From contig CM035355.1 of assembly GCA_020137815.1 (NCBI GenBank), positions 7,440,001 to 7,504,000 on the forward strand: a stretch of 64,000 nt of DNA, given 5' to 3'. The position numbers were made by a program, and so were the translations under genes. Below the pieces are notes generated by a model. That model worked only from the letters and a program-made list of their open reading frames with translations, was not told where the DNA came from and ran no database searches. Below, piece by piece: positions 27,852 to 64,000 of this stretch (the first letter of the stretch is position 1; every line of letters starts with the position of its first letter). The stretch comes from Hormiphora californensis (lineage: Eukaryota; Animalia; Ctenophora).

Positions 27852-28643
27852 ATCTGTTTCTCTGTATCTTCATCTCGTTCTCTCTCTTAATACCTCTATA
27901 TCTATCTCCCTCGCTCTCTCCCGCTCTGTCTATGTCTCTCTTTGTATTAATTAAAACGCCACAATGAATACCCGATACAGTTGTTACATCACATTTCAAT
28001 ATGCTTCTCTTTCTCTCCATCTCCCTCTCCTTCCTTTTTGATCCCTCGTTCATTTCCAATTTCCGCATTTCTCTCCCAATTTTCTACAAATTCTGCTCTA
28101 CAGGGTTTCCTTTGAACACACCCGATCACAACCCTCACATATATTTACCTTGGACGCTCTCGCTATGTCTGACACAAAATGTTCCAATCTGGTTTCCCTT
28201 TCCAATTAGCATCTTCTCCGCATCACCCCGGCTCACAGAGCCCCAAAACCAGCTAAAAAAGATTAAGGTCAGCATTGAGTTCAGTCCCCTGAATAGAAAA
28301 CCAATAAGAGATCATGGCACCCGTAAATTTAAAAGTAAACCTTGGAATAGAAAAGCGGACATAGTTTTTGGGAATGTATCCCTCAGAACGGTGAAGCACA
28401 GCTTTAAACCAGTTCTCATCCTCACCCAAGTTAGTTATCTGAAACGGAGTGGTATTATTTATTATTTTCCACACGTTTAATTGTTGAATAGAAGCCAGAA
28501 CGCTGGGTATGCATACCTAGCCTTCTGGCTTCAACATCCCCAGCAGGACAAACACACAAACTTACCAGGAGAGTGGCGCCTCCCTGGAAGGAAAGTTCAT
28601 CAGTATCCCTAGCGACAAAGTCGAACTCAGCGATGGCCTCCAT
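14675..28643 (-). CDS. GRB2: GRB2/drk SH3-SH2-SH3 adaptor, 6 coding exons
   Basis: Exons 28643-28566 (MEAIAEFDFVARDTDELSF), 28438-28341 (ENWFKA..GYIPKNYV), 28252-28149 (WFWGSVSRGDAE..GTFCVRHSES), 20910-20823 (AFSLSVR..VHHFK), 17809-17710 (KFKSLNALIEYY) and 14848-14675 (KALFDF..WWRG..GVFPANYV). Intron phases are compatible. Confidence 0.92.
16101..16641. mobile_element. Palindromic MITE, TTA target duplication (PIF/Harbinger-like); internally deleted relative of 21041-22030
   Basis: TTA|GGGGATTTTAG ... CTAAAATCCCC|TTA with about 220-bp inverted arms; sequence shared with the 21-kb element. Confidence 0.8.
16996..17094. mobile_element. Short TA-flanked MITE (CAGTCGG-CCCCGATTTA family)
   Basis: TA|CAGTCGGGCCCCGATTTAGTG ... 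CACTAAATCGGGGCCCGACTG|TA; same family as 59216-60072 and a remnant near 340-391. Confidence 0.8.
17995..20108. mobile_element. TA-flanked MITE split by a LINE insertion
   Basis: Left TIR tatagtcgaattttttatttaagcgacaggccgccg; right TIR cggcggcctgtcgcttaaataaaaaattggacttta. The inverted arms continue inward to ggaaagataa / ttatctttcc. Confidence 0.78.
18109..19994 (+). mobile_element. 5'-truncated non-LTR retrotransposon (L2/Crack/CR1 group) with an intact RT portion of ORF2
   Basis: ORF 18157-19602 contains NYRPVSNLPFISKLLEKVV, QSGYR, LDMSAAFDTVDH, GVPQGSLLGPVLF, YADD, SRLDYCN and the C-terminal HVLPIEQRVKFK..GLAPVYL. A 3' UTR and (TTA)n tail follow at about 19977-19994. No endonuclease domain is present. 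Confidence 0.92.
21041..22030. mobile_element. About 1-kb foldback (palindromic) element, TTA TSD, PIF/Harbinger-like
   Basis: Arms of about 480 bp are near-perfect reverse complements around a short loop at about 21539-21561; TTA flanks both ends. Confidence 0.85.
22082..23550. mobile_element. About 1.47-kb foldback element with CACGGTG...CACCGTG termini and 4-bp TSD (Chapaev-like non-autonomous)
   Basis: AGGG|CACGGTGCCCC ... GGGGCACCGTG|AGGG; arms of about 715 bp almost perfectly inverted around a loop at about 22800-22832. Confidence 0.82.
24432..26841 (+). CDS. Nested secreted protein, about 358 aa: signal peptide, CX3C-rich domain, His/Pro/acidic repeats, Lys-rich stretch, second CX3C-rich domain
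   Basis: Exons 24432-24653, 25836-26478 and 26630-26841 total 1077 nt and are in frame. Splice sites are GT-AG, with a CACTAAC branch site before exon 2. Signal MFRLLLLSVLVAAGIQVLHA. The gene lies antisense in GRB2 intron 3. Confidence 0.8.
25366..25568. mobile_element. Small inverted-repeat element (MITE-like)
   Basis: About 70-bp inverted repeats: attataccaaaactaattgaaattagtaggccggaaaggttgcc... / ...ggcaacctttccggcctactaatttcaattagttttggtataat. Confidence 0.7.
25640..25796. mobile_element. Small palindromic MITE
   Basis: atagtggaagctctttcggttttgagc ... gctcaaaaccgtaagagcttccactat. Confidence 0.65.
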
Positions 28644-29309
28644 TATAACTCATTAACAGCATTCAAGCCTAAGTTATGTGGGAATGTTATTGCTCGCATA
28701 AAGAATATTCAGCTCAGGTGGGTAACTAGTAGTAATCTTGTCGGAAAGACAAAGAATAAAGACTTTGCAATTGGGCAGTAACATCGAGCAGATAACATAA
28801 GAACAATAGCGGCTAAGACCTAAGTTTATAAAGAATTTGCGACAAATATATTGTCCGGTGTTAGCTATCAGTCCCGCAACAAAACCTGCTGTTTATCAAA
28901 TCAATTCAAAACAAAATGTCAAATTATAATTTCTGCTATGGGGCTACCTCCACTTTCCCACAGTTCACCAACTTCGACAGTTAAATCATCATGGCATTTT
29001 AAACAGGTTCTTCGGTCTCCCAGTCCCATTCGTTTATCTCCCCTACCCTCTTGTTTTATAGACCAGTGATCTAAGACCACCAAACCCTCGAATCAAAACT
29101 CAAGCGACCATAAAAACTAGGGGTTATTTTCGGAAATTGATAAAGCAAAGGAGAACTTTAAACAAGGCTATGACTCTCACAGTATTAACTATTGACGCTT
29201 CTAGGTTGGGTGTCCAAAAGTTCCGAATTTCAAAGAAACAAGACAGTGAGCTATAACTGGTTTTCTATGGCTACTTTGAACTGTCTGCTGAGTTAAGAAA
29301 TTCTTCCAT

Positions 29310-29464
29310 ATACTCCATTTTTTTTCAACTGTTCACCCCCCAAAGTCGTGCGCGGAATTGTTTTGCGCGTTTATCACATGTTAACGTATAGCGCGCGCCA
29401 CCCAAATTCTAATTTTTATTAAATTTCAGTTTTTGGGTGAACAGTTGAAAAAAAATGGACTTTA
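29310..29464. mobile_element. Short TA-flanked MITE related to 41557-42638
   Basis: tccatttttttcaactgttcaccc ... gggtgaacagttgaaaaaaatggacttta; shares the subterminal gtgcgcggaa..tgcgcg..tcacatgttaacgt block with the 42.5-kb end. Confidence 0.65.
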
Positions 29465-30670
29465 CAAGAAAATAGCAGCAAAACAAGAGCAAACACGAAT
29501 TTTGATGTTGGCATACGTTGCAGGCCCCTTATAATATAATATAAGGGGCCTGGAGGGAATACCGCGCTGGGGGGGAATACATAATCAATCATATCTCCGG
29601 TTCCAGATAAGGTACAGAAATCGTTTTGGTAGCGTTGGAAAGAGGAAGATAAGAGCTTTTAAATGCAACCGGTTTCAGGTCTCTATCTTATCAGGAACAG
29701 GAGATATGAACCAAACTCCGCAAAATCGAGTGCGGTAAAATCGAAAATTGAATGAAATTAAAAAAAAGGTGTCCCTGCAGGAATCTGTGACGTCACTTTT
29801 TGAAAACAACCCATCTGTCAACGGCTATTGCTCAGCTTCCTTAAGTCCAATTAACTTCTCTCAAAAACAGCAAGGTAGATAATCGTCAGATCTAACAACT
29901 GGTGAAAGAATCAAGTCAAACGGACTACAGGAGCCAAAGTTATAAGCACCGCCGTTTTTTCGACCGCAAAGTTATCTTCGACCCAGCCGGGCTCAGGCCA
30001 AACGCGCGCGCGGCATTCCCTTCAGTCCCCTCGTTGCGGGGGTGCGCGCATGAGGGGGCTGCAGCGCATTCCAAATTTTGATGCAGCGAGGAATTTTTTA
30101 AAAAAAAAACAACTTTACAAAATTTAAATTTTCGAAATTTTTACTTGTATTGAATTTTGATGCGCGCCGCGCGACGATTGCACGCGCAAAAGAATAACGC
30201 GCGATCAAGTATCTTCAGAGAACGAATTTAGTTTTTTAAACTCCATCCAGTTTTTAACCAACCTTTTGCCTCTCCTTATGATATTCACCTGGCTTTTTTC
30301 CAAACACATTTATACACAAGATGATAAACACAGTATTTTTGTTTAAAACTATAACATTGAAAGGTTCACATAACAAAATCAAATACTTAAAATGTTGTCA
30401 CCTGAGCGCTAACACCTGAAGAGAAACGGGGATAGGATAAGGGCACATTGCTGCACAATAACACTTTACAAGTTGCAGTTGTTCTCGCAGGGGAAGGGAG
30501 GATTGGAAACAAAACTTTATCTGTTGAATTGTTACTTCTCACTTTCTCACAAACATAATAAGAGAGTGATGGGGGATAATATAGGTAGAGTGTGGTGTAT
30601 AATCATAGAGTTAGAAAAATATGAAGTTATAGCTCTATTACTAATAATAAAATTAATATAATATTATAGT

Positions 30671-44330
<13,660 letters not shown>

Positions 44331-44405
44331 GTCTGAAGAGGAATAACTAACAACAAACTGAGAGGGTTGGCGATACTCAGTTCCGTCTGAAAAGCAGCAT
44401 CGGGA

Positions 44406-44424
44406 TGTGGTCTCCTCTCATTGG
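44406..44424 (-). promoter_or_regulatory. ER stress response element-like motif (CCAAT-N9-CCACA) upstream of calreticulin
   Basis: The minus strand reads CCAAT gagaggaga CCACA about 76 bp upstream of the CALR ATG, next to a TGACGCA ATF/CRE-like site at about 44429-44436. Confidence 0.6.
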
Positions 44425-45497
44425 TTGTTGCGTCATCCAACGCGACATAAGAAATTTATGGCGTTCAGGGCTTGGTTTCTAACGCGCAAATCGTGATTTT
44501 GTGCCGCGCATAAGAAAAAAGCCGCGCGCACAAAATTTCAAGTTCGAAACTGAAATAAAAATCCCAGTTCAAAATTTTTTGACAAAGTTTCATTTTTTTT
44601 GAGAACGTCCTAAATTTTTCACTTTCTCGTCAGTTTTCGTCGATGTTTCCACCTTTTAATCAACCTACTGCCAATTTTCCTCAAAATCCACATGATTCTC
44701 CTCGTTTTACCCCGTTTTTACACTTTTAGTACTTTTGGGCCAAAGAAAAAAGCTCCAAACATTGGCTGCATTAGCAGCACGATGGCAACAAAACTTCTTC
44801 ACTCGCCAGAGTATTTGATATCTCTTACAAATCGACTGCCAGACTGTGCTGTTCGACGGTGCAAATGAAAATAGCTATGTTTGATCATTAAACAATCAGT
44901 AGAGGGTTAGTTCCACGGGGTGGTCCAAATTTAGCAGACTGTCAAAACAAGGCTCTCAGTTTAGCACTTAACACCTCATAATAAAGCTTTATTTAGCATA
45001 CTGGTCATAAATTTATGCCACCTCCTCATTTTGGAGCAATACTGTTCAACTTCCTAGTTTGGACATATCACGGTCTGGTGCAATTTCACACATTTTGATG
45101 TGTGTACAATGAGTATTGAAACAGTGGTCAGTGGTTCTCCGTCATGTTGGCTGTATCACTGTAAACTTTAAAACTGTACAACATATAATTTACTGTTGTA
45201 TAAGACTCGGATCTAGTGATTTGCTGCTTTGCACAGAGTGTGTCCTACCATTGCAACTGTATTATTGACCGGAAGTGGGTCATTATCAGTCCAGTCTATA
45301 ACCATCCCCTCTCTCTCTTTTCGATTCTTGTAATTACCAAGTACTACAGTCGATTGGTAATTTTGGTTTTTGCTACACCATACCAAGAGTTAATGACTAG
45401 TAAAACGAGGAATTTTCAAAAAATAAGTTGTCGGTGTTAAAATATAGGCCCTTTTCATTGGATATAATAATAGATAAATCAAAATCAAATATATTAA

Positions 45498-48208
45498 TCA
45501 AGACTTCTTCTTGATCTTTTCAATTTTCTCTTTCCAGACTCGGCCAAAAGACACCCCACTTGAGGTCGATTGAAAATCATCAGAATCACTCGCTGATTCA
45601 TCAGTCCAAAGATTATTCACAACTTCTTTCAGCCTGCTAGGGTAGTGTCGCTTTGATAAGTAGGGCTTCCTAGGCTCCGTGATAGAGTCTGTCCAATCGA
45701 TGTGAAGTGTTGATCGGGGTGATGGTGTTGGCTCCGTCACGCTGGTATTGGACCAATCAACGTGAAGTGAGTTGAGTGGTTTATTTGATCGAGGAGATCT
45801 TCGCCTCACTTTTGGTGATGGTTGTTTGGAAATTTTAGGGGCCGGTTTTGAAGAATTAGCTAACACGGGATCTGGGGTTTGTTGAACCGGTTCTGAATCT
45901 GGTTTTTCTGATTTTAATAGTCTTGAAGAAACTATTTTTTCCCTTTCCGTCGTTGAAGCTATAATCTCGACTTTCTTAGCAGAGTGTCCATTTTCACGGG
46001 GTTTCACAACTTTAGTATACCCCTCGCTGTCAGAATTCGGTGCTTTCCAGTTGTCCCTCGTGTTGGAAATTGCAGAAAACTCAACCCTCGGTCCGGTACC
46101 ATTCACATAACCACCACTATCAGCCTGGCGTATTCTCGAGTATCCATACTTTCTCAGCCCACTGCTATTGGATTTGGTCATCTTTAACTGCACGCTACTA
46201 GACTCATTGGTGACGTTGTGGAAGCTTGCTATACTTCCTTGTGGGCTTTCCCAGGCACTCCTTAAAGAAGAAGAAGAACTGGTAGACTTAGAGTCGTACT
46301 CGGACTTGACTGAATCTATTTTCTCAACAATCACCGTTTCAACTGTACCCTCTCTTACCGGAATACTGGTGTCAGAGAAGGATGTGGAGACTGACTCTGA
46401 GGTATCGGTTGAAGATTTTATCAAATCGCTGTCTGAAGAATTCTCTGAAGAAGACAATGTGAAGGAGGTGTCGGCATCACTGCTCTCCATCATTGCATCT
46501 TCTGACGCACTGGATTTTGACGATGTTCTCTTGGTTGCTGTGCTGGTCAGGTTAGGAGATTTACAGTTAACGTTAGCGTTGTAAGCTTCGTCTCCAAATG
46601 ATTTGTCCTTCAATTTCCTATCTGAAAGTCTGTCCTGTTTCTTTGAGTTCCTAAAAAGCCTAGCTTGCCTCCTTAGGGTTGAATATCGATTATTATCCAA
46701 TTCGCTATACCCTGAAGAGGAGACGTTATCCGTTATTTCCGCCGTACATTCCTTCCTCCTGGTTTTGCTCCTCCTTTTCCTCCCTTCGCTCCCCGTCCTC
46801 CCTTCCTCACTCCTTTCACCGTCCTTTTGCTGTTCATTTTCTTCAGTAACCGGGCCTCCTCCCTTCTCGTCATGAGATCCTTCGTGCCTCCAGCCATCAT
46901 CACACCCTGAAACACACCTAAGAGGTTGGCTGGGACATGTGTACATGAAATGTAATGGAAATAATTTTAGGATACATGTGCACAGTGCATGGGTTCTCGG
47001 GGTATAGACAGGGAGCTTGGTATGAGCAGTAAAGATCCTGCACTGGTGCACAATTGATTATGTGATATGGATAGTCTGTAGTCAACAGTCTTTGACCTTC
47101 AATTCATTGAAGTAATGTAGAATGAAGTCATGTAAAGTGTGCAGTGCATGCATGAATGTAGGAAAGAAATGAAATAATACTTCGGCCGAGAGAGATCAAG
47201 TGACTGTCAAGAATGATGTTCTACTCATGTCACGATTTCACTGCGTGTAATGCTGCTGCTGCTGCTCGTACACTCAAGCACTTATTCAGGAATGTGTTAT
47301 ATATTGCACATTTTCTTGATTTATATGTTGTTGGTGCCTTAGAGAGAGGAAAAAGAGCTGAGATAGTGAGAGAGAGAAAGTTCCTGGACCTCTAGTGTGG
47401 ACTGTGGTTTGGTAGGTTAAGAGTGATTTAGGAAGCAGCTGATCCTGCTGCACATCACAACAACACAATCAATCACAATGACATGAATGAATCTTACCCG
47501 ATGGGGGTCGAGGGCTGTTGTGACTATAGCTGACCATATGAATGATAGGAGGGATACTATTATCACCACCATCTTCATCCTCTTCTGAAGCGTTTTCCTC
47601 ATCTGAGTCTCCCGCTGGAGATATCTCTATGACAGGTGCTGGTACTATATCCTGCTTCTAAAGGTGCTGATGGTGGAGATGTTTTATTGCCAGGATCATC
47701 CTTTTCATACTTTGGAGGACTTTCTGTCTGGAATCACTTTAGCAGATAGTTTTTGTTTTCCCCTTCTTCTCATCCTTTAGAAAAGTCCCGTTTTTCGGAT
47801 ATTGAAAAGGGCCTCTTTCGATTTTTACCACTGTCACTTGAAGGTGGTGTTGCTTTGCACTTACCCTCAATAACCACCTCCTTCCTTTATTTCATCATCA
47901 CTCCCTGATCCTTCACCAGATCTCTCCTCCTCTTGTGACTCTCCTGTCTCCTCCTCTCCAGTTTCCTCCTCTCCTGTGTCCTCCTCCCAGTTTGTACTCC
48001 TTTCTCACCGACCAGCTTCTCCTCGTCGGCGCTGGAGCATTTTCGGGAGCAGCACTTCAAATGCCAGTAGAGAGAGAACAGTACGGCTGCGAATACCACA
48101 AGTACTATCACAGCGAAATACAAGGTAGAGGGGTACGGGGTGCGCCACGGTTAAAACACTAACAGGGTCGGGGAATGAGTAACTGCCATCATCATCATCC
48201 GACGACAT
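45498..48208 (-). CDS. Orphan single-pass membrane protein with a long Ser/Lys-rich disordered tail; model uncertain, one frameshift needed
   Basis: Large terminal exon about 46906-45498 (within ORF 45498-47051) with acceptor tttcag. Upstream TM segment YFAVIVLVVFAAVLFSLYW ends at donor gtcg|gtgag. A possible small exon GSDDEIKEEVVIEG lies at about 47905-47867. ATG 48208 follows acceptor ttcacag, but a 1-nt shift near 48124 is needed to reach the TM frame. Confidence 0.45.
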
Positions 48209-48634
48209 CGACTGTGAAAGAGCTTCGGCTTGTTAGGATGCGAGTTAGGTAAACAAACAAAAAGGGCGAATATATTACCTCTCTCTCTTTGAAGCAAGGG
48301 AGAATATATCACTGACTGCGGTGTAGGACTAGTTCAGCTAACACAAAACCACTCACTGACAATACTGAGAGAACAAAACAAGCAACACTGCAATACATGT
48401 GTACATTGTGTTGCACGTGTATAACATGCATCTTGTGGGGAATGAAGGAAGAAGTCACTTTACAGAGACACATCTTAGACGCACAGCTAGTACTTGTCTA
48501 GTACAATAACAAGCACCAGATTCTCTGTAGAACTTTTATACTTTATAGACCTAAATCTGATACATTATAGGATACAAATTAAGACAAAGTTATTCCCCTG
48601 ATACTCACTTGACACTTCTCCCCATTCTAGGTTT

Positions 48635-50013
48635 ATGAACATAACAGATCTCCCTATTGAACTACAAGAGCACATCCTCTCCTTTCTGAGTGTCGTCCGG
48701 GAGCTCCAGACAGCCTCCACAGTCTGCACCCACTGGCGGGACATCTGCCGTACCCTCTACACCGCCAAACACAGGACATTCCGAGACCATGCCCGTGAGG
48801 GGAGGTTAGTTTGGAGGCGTATTGGCGGTGATCCAGCTAGTTTAATTAGGAATGGACATCACCATCATCATCCCTTCCGATCACCTCTAGGAGGAGGTGC
48901 CAGGGTAGTGACACCCCCACCTCGTCACCTTCACCGGGCGGTGTTACATGATCACCACATGTTTATACACGGTGGTGACACCACTAGTGGGATCTACAAT
49001 GACTTATACAAGTTGGATATTCTGACTAACACGTGGTCTAAAGTGATAGCACGTGAGGGAATTCCACCGACTCCTAGATCCCGATTTGCAATGACCAAAT
49101 ATGAGCATAGCGTGTTTGTTACAGGGGGATGTAACATGTCACGCTGGTCACATACGGCACGTGGCAGTGGAGCACAATGATGTGCACGTGTACGATTTGG
49201 ATGAAAATAGTTTGGTACAGCGCAGGGAACCTTCTTCAGAAGCGCTATACACACGGTTGTGTGTGTCTTGAGTCTGAGAGAGATATGGATTAGGTTGGTC
49301 TTAGTTGGAGGTCTGGGTACCATGTGTAACATGGCGGTGAACGTGGAACTGTGTACTTTGACACGTGATAGTAACAACAGGTACAGGGTGTCCTAACTCA
49401 GTCTTGTTCCCTAATACCGATACCAGGATGTTTCATACCCAGATAAAACTTGATGACCACCGTGTCTTTTGTATTTGGAGGCCGGACCATGACTGAATTG
49501 GGAGATGATCCTAGCGTTCCGATTGTCCGTCAAGACGCCTCAATCTTAACATTCTCTCCCGACTACACTTCTCTACAAATCAGCCCTGTTCCAATGTTAA
49601 ACTCCAATATTTCTGTCTACTCAGGTCTGTATCCTGTTGTCTTGGATGACTTTGTTGTAGTTGGAGATCGGGTGATCTACCTACAGCAGGTGATATACAC
49701 CAAGGAAAGTGGGGAGCTGCATGGGTTTTATGTACTAGACGAGGGGAGATGCCAAACTGGCCTGGAGATTTCAAAAAACCGATATTTCCATACCTTTATC
49801 CTGGATATAAGTGAGGTGGGGAGAGGTGGGGCAGCTAAGTGGGTGGAAGTGGAGAATAACCCACCTGCACACGCTCCGTTTTCATCCCGATTCCATACCT
49901 CAGCCCTGGTTGGAGATTCCATTGTTGTGTTCGGGGGGACGGTCCAGGATCAGCGAACCAAGAAGAGTCAGGATAGTAATGCTTTGTATAGGGTAACCGT
50001 GACCAATAGGTGA
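48635..50013 (+). CDS. F-box/Kelch-repeat protein (FBXO42-like), frameshifted in this sequence
   Basis: F-box ITDLPIELQEHILSFL..ASTVCTHWRDIC. Kelch blades PPPRHLHRAVLHDHHMFIHGG, PTPRSRFAMTKYEHSVFVTGG and SSRFHTSALVGDSIVVFGG. Intervening blades (NDVHVYDLDENS-WY..RYTHGCV, RMFHTQIKLDDHRVF-VFGG) lie in shifted frames. Confidence 0.72.
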
Positions 50014-50303
50014 GAGAGAAAGAGAGAGGGAGACAAGGACAGAGAGAAAGAGAGAGGAACAGAGAAAGAGAAAGAGATCTGGTTGTATGTGAGTGTGTAT
50101 TATTTGACTTTTTCTGGTGTCTGTACGTTGTTAATTTATAGAACGGGGGGTTTGTCTTTTGTTTCAGAACGTTTTAGTAGTATAGTTATAGATTTTAATT
50201 CCGCTGTTTAACAATGTGGGATTAATGATTATTTTACCCTCTCTTCCCTTCATTCTAGTAGCATTAGCATACATGTGACCCTTCAACAAACGGAACGAGG
50301 GTG

Positions 50304-61312
<11,009 letters not shown>

Positions 61313-62132
61313 CATATTATCATAGATCGAGGTATTACAGCAGAGATATGACAAAGTGGCCCTGTAAAGACAGTCTAGAGACAGTGCTTGGTCTGTGAGT
61401 CTGAGAGCAGAGAGAGGAATGGGATGTCAAGGATAGGAAATCCGAAAGGGGTGTTTTAACACAGTGAGAGGGGTTTAGTTAGTAACAGAGGTATGTTTCT
61501 TGGTGTTATAAATGTGTGTGGATATATGTCTGTCTGTTTGTTTGTGTGTGTCACCTAGTTATATTTCAACAATTTGAGAATAAACTAATGAAGATTTAGG
61601 GCTAAATGGAAATCATTAGCTAGTGTGAGAATATATATGGGATCCTATTTGGGATTGAGGTTCCTCGTGATTATTCCACACACCCCATTATGGGGCCAAG
61701 ATGTGAGGGGCCCCGATCAATGGGTCCTACGAGTGTGAATTCCAGTACAGTGACAAATGGTGTGATAAGCTGATCTTATTCTTGTGATTACTGACAATTT
61801 CGTTTATATACCGAACACACCAACGTTTTAACTACAAACCAATTTGTCGTGATTTCTACCATGTGGTCACACTAGGTGTGAAACCTCAAACCATCCTGGT
61901 GTGACGTGACCCATGTCCTCACAAAATGTACACACAATCACACATTTCTGATGCGCGCGCGAGCCTGCTGCGACTCGATGCACTTTGTACAGAGGGGATG
62001 GTACGGCGCGTACCGGGAACAACTCCAAAACACGATATGTAAAGTTGGGGTCTGACAGCTTTATAAAAACTGGATATACAAAACACACAACTCGTCTATA
62101 TTTTATGTTTAAAAAAACACGTAAAAAAGTGT

Positions 62133-62972
62133 TCACGAATAGGGGAGAAGGGAGTGTCTGAGGGTGTTTAGTTCGAGTTCGAATGATAGTAATCCGGAGA
62201 GTTCCGATTCAAGAAGATCAATTAAGTTGGAGTTATCATGCGAGTAAATCCAGTGTCCATCAACAAAATCGTACCTAGGGGAGATGGGGAAGTGAGGGTT
62301 ATGTACAGCGTGGGGAAGCTACGATTTCGGTAGACCCAACAATATTTTCAAGGTAAATAATCAAAACAACAAATGTTATCTGTACCGTTTAGGGCCGGAG
62401 ATTGGTGAAGAGAGCCAGAGCTGTTGGTTGGGTGTTTGTCGATTTACTACGTATGTATGTGATTCGTCAACTCGTAATGTTAACACTTCCCCATTATATT
62501 CAACCTGAAGAAGGTGTGTTAGTTTGGGTGTTTCTTATCGGAGACTCTTATACAGTCACCAAGTCATAGAATTTAGTCATTTGACTCCTTACAAGGTGGT
62601 ATAGTAATCAATTTACCAATTAACTAATCAATCTCAACTAATCAATTGCATATTAATCAATTAACTGCCTAACTAATTAATCAATTAATTTCCTCAACTC
62701 ACATCAAAATGCTCACTCAGATCAGGTAGAAAATCAGGTAATTCCTCCAACGACTCACTGAGCGTATCAAGTGTCTCCGAGCAGACTGTCATGAAATCAG
62801 GAGGAGTTGTTGAGAAGTTCCGGGTTGAGGAGGAGAAGTACCGAGGGAAATTATTGAGCTGTACTTGAGATTGGGTACTAAACATTGGTTGGTTGCTGCA
62901 GTAACTAGGAATTCGTTGTTGATAGGTTGCTAGGCAACGTCTTGGAATAACTCCAAAGCAACGCCGCATCAT
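62133..62972 (-). CDS. FXN: Frataxin, mitochondrial, 3 coding exons
   Basis: Arg/Ser-rich transit peptide, then [15 protein letters not shown]|[34 protein letters not shown]|[13 protein letters not shown]. Confidence 0.93.
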
Positions 62973-63332
62973 CCTGTGAAATTCGGGTGAGAGGTAGTAA
63001 ATTGGGGCACTAAACTGTGTGCCTTTCATGGGTTTGTAAACCACTTAGGGTTAGGAAATAGTGGTTTGGAGGCAATAAATACCTCCAAACCTCCGAGGTA
63101 TAAAAACTGGAAACTAGAGAGTTGGAGAACAAAATTCAGTTATCGATTACACACAGCAGATATTAAAAAGTAACAGATCAAAATTTAACTAAACAAGTTT
63201 AACCCAAAAACACGAAACACAAAAAACCATTATCACTAGAACGCAAATCAAGTCCAGAGTTCACTATCCAGTCCAGAGTTTTACAGAACAAAGTTGTGGC
63301 AGCATTTCACCGCAAAGTTATCGGCAGGGTTG

Positions 63333-64000
63333 CTACAAATGCAGTTTACCCGCCAGACTTGTCATGAGAAAAGCAGTGACCCCAACAATGACACTAGTGG
63401 TAACAGCAATACCCGCTGGTGTCTTGGCAAGATCAAGTAGGTTAGCAGCCCAGTTGCGGCTCCAGTCCAGATAACCTGAGCGTGGTACCTGGGAGAGGAA
63501 AGTGAAGGTATAACAAACTGAATCATCCTTGTAGTTGAAGAAACTATACAACTACTGTGAACATGGCAATTGTCAATCGACTAGAGGTCGCTAGTATATC
63601 ACCATTCTCATCCTACTCATGGGCCTATAAAATGTTGGCCACCCAAATCTCAATTAAATGTAAACAAATAAAGAAGTAATGTATTACCTTGAGAATGAGC
63701 TCCTGTTGTTTTACAGGTAATGTCTTTATCACAGCAGGTGGGTATTCCTCAAACAACCCCAAAGCAGTTTGGATCTAGAACAAACATCGTGATCAGAATT
63801 ATTATTGATATTTTTCAATTCTGAGCTTTATTATTTTCAAATATTGTCCAAACGGATATCTTGAAATTCCCAAATAATGGTGGGGTTTGGACCAAACCCC
63901 ACTATCATTTGTTCATCTCATGATATCTCCATCCCTCCCTCTCTTACCAGGGACTCCCAGGGGAGGTTCTGGGGTAGGGTATGGAGGACATGATGGACAG
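63333..64000 (-). CDS. TBC1D20: TBC1D20-like Rab GAP, 3' end with C-terminal membrane anchor (partial)
   Basis: Exons give VHHVLHTLPQNLPWESL|IQTALGLFEEYPP.. (compare, from memory, vertebrate VHHLLSQIPQDLPYETLISRAGDLFVQFPP) and a terminal hydrophobic segment AGIAVTTSVIVGVTAFLM. Confidence 0.7.

Overview
Gene-dense, intron-rich animal genomic DNA with many (GA)n/(CT)n microsatellites and MITEs. The compact layout and antisense genes nested in introns suggest a non-bilaterian such as a ctenophore, but this is an inference I cannot confirm here. Spliced genes reconstructed by hand, in order: TSSK-family kinase (-), TM-SMP-C2 extended-synaptotagmin-like protein (+), DNAL4 (+), GRB2/drk (-), calreticulin (-), an orphan Ser-rich single-pass protein (-), an F-box/Kelch FBXO42-like gene with frameshifts (+), a PI3K p85-type regulatory subunit (+), frataxin (-) and the 3' end of TBC1D20 (-). 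Three genes are nested antisense in host introns. One is a secreted Cys-hairpin/His-Pro-acidic repeat protein inside GRB2; the other two are TIMP paralogs inside the p85 gene. The large introns hold layered mobile DNA: (1) an L2/CR1-group LINE at the axis of a MITE; (2) two adjacent 1-1.5 kb near-perfect palindromes; (3) a 640-bp element, present twice, with a DIRS-like internal complementary region; (4) a 7.6-kb TIR element in calreticulin intron 3. Element (4) contains a 6.3-kb segment bounded by a 14-bp direct repeat and carrying about 12.6 apparently identical 438-bp units. An ERSE-like motif lies upstream of calreticulin. Exon boundaries were read by eye and may be off by a few bases.
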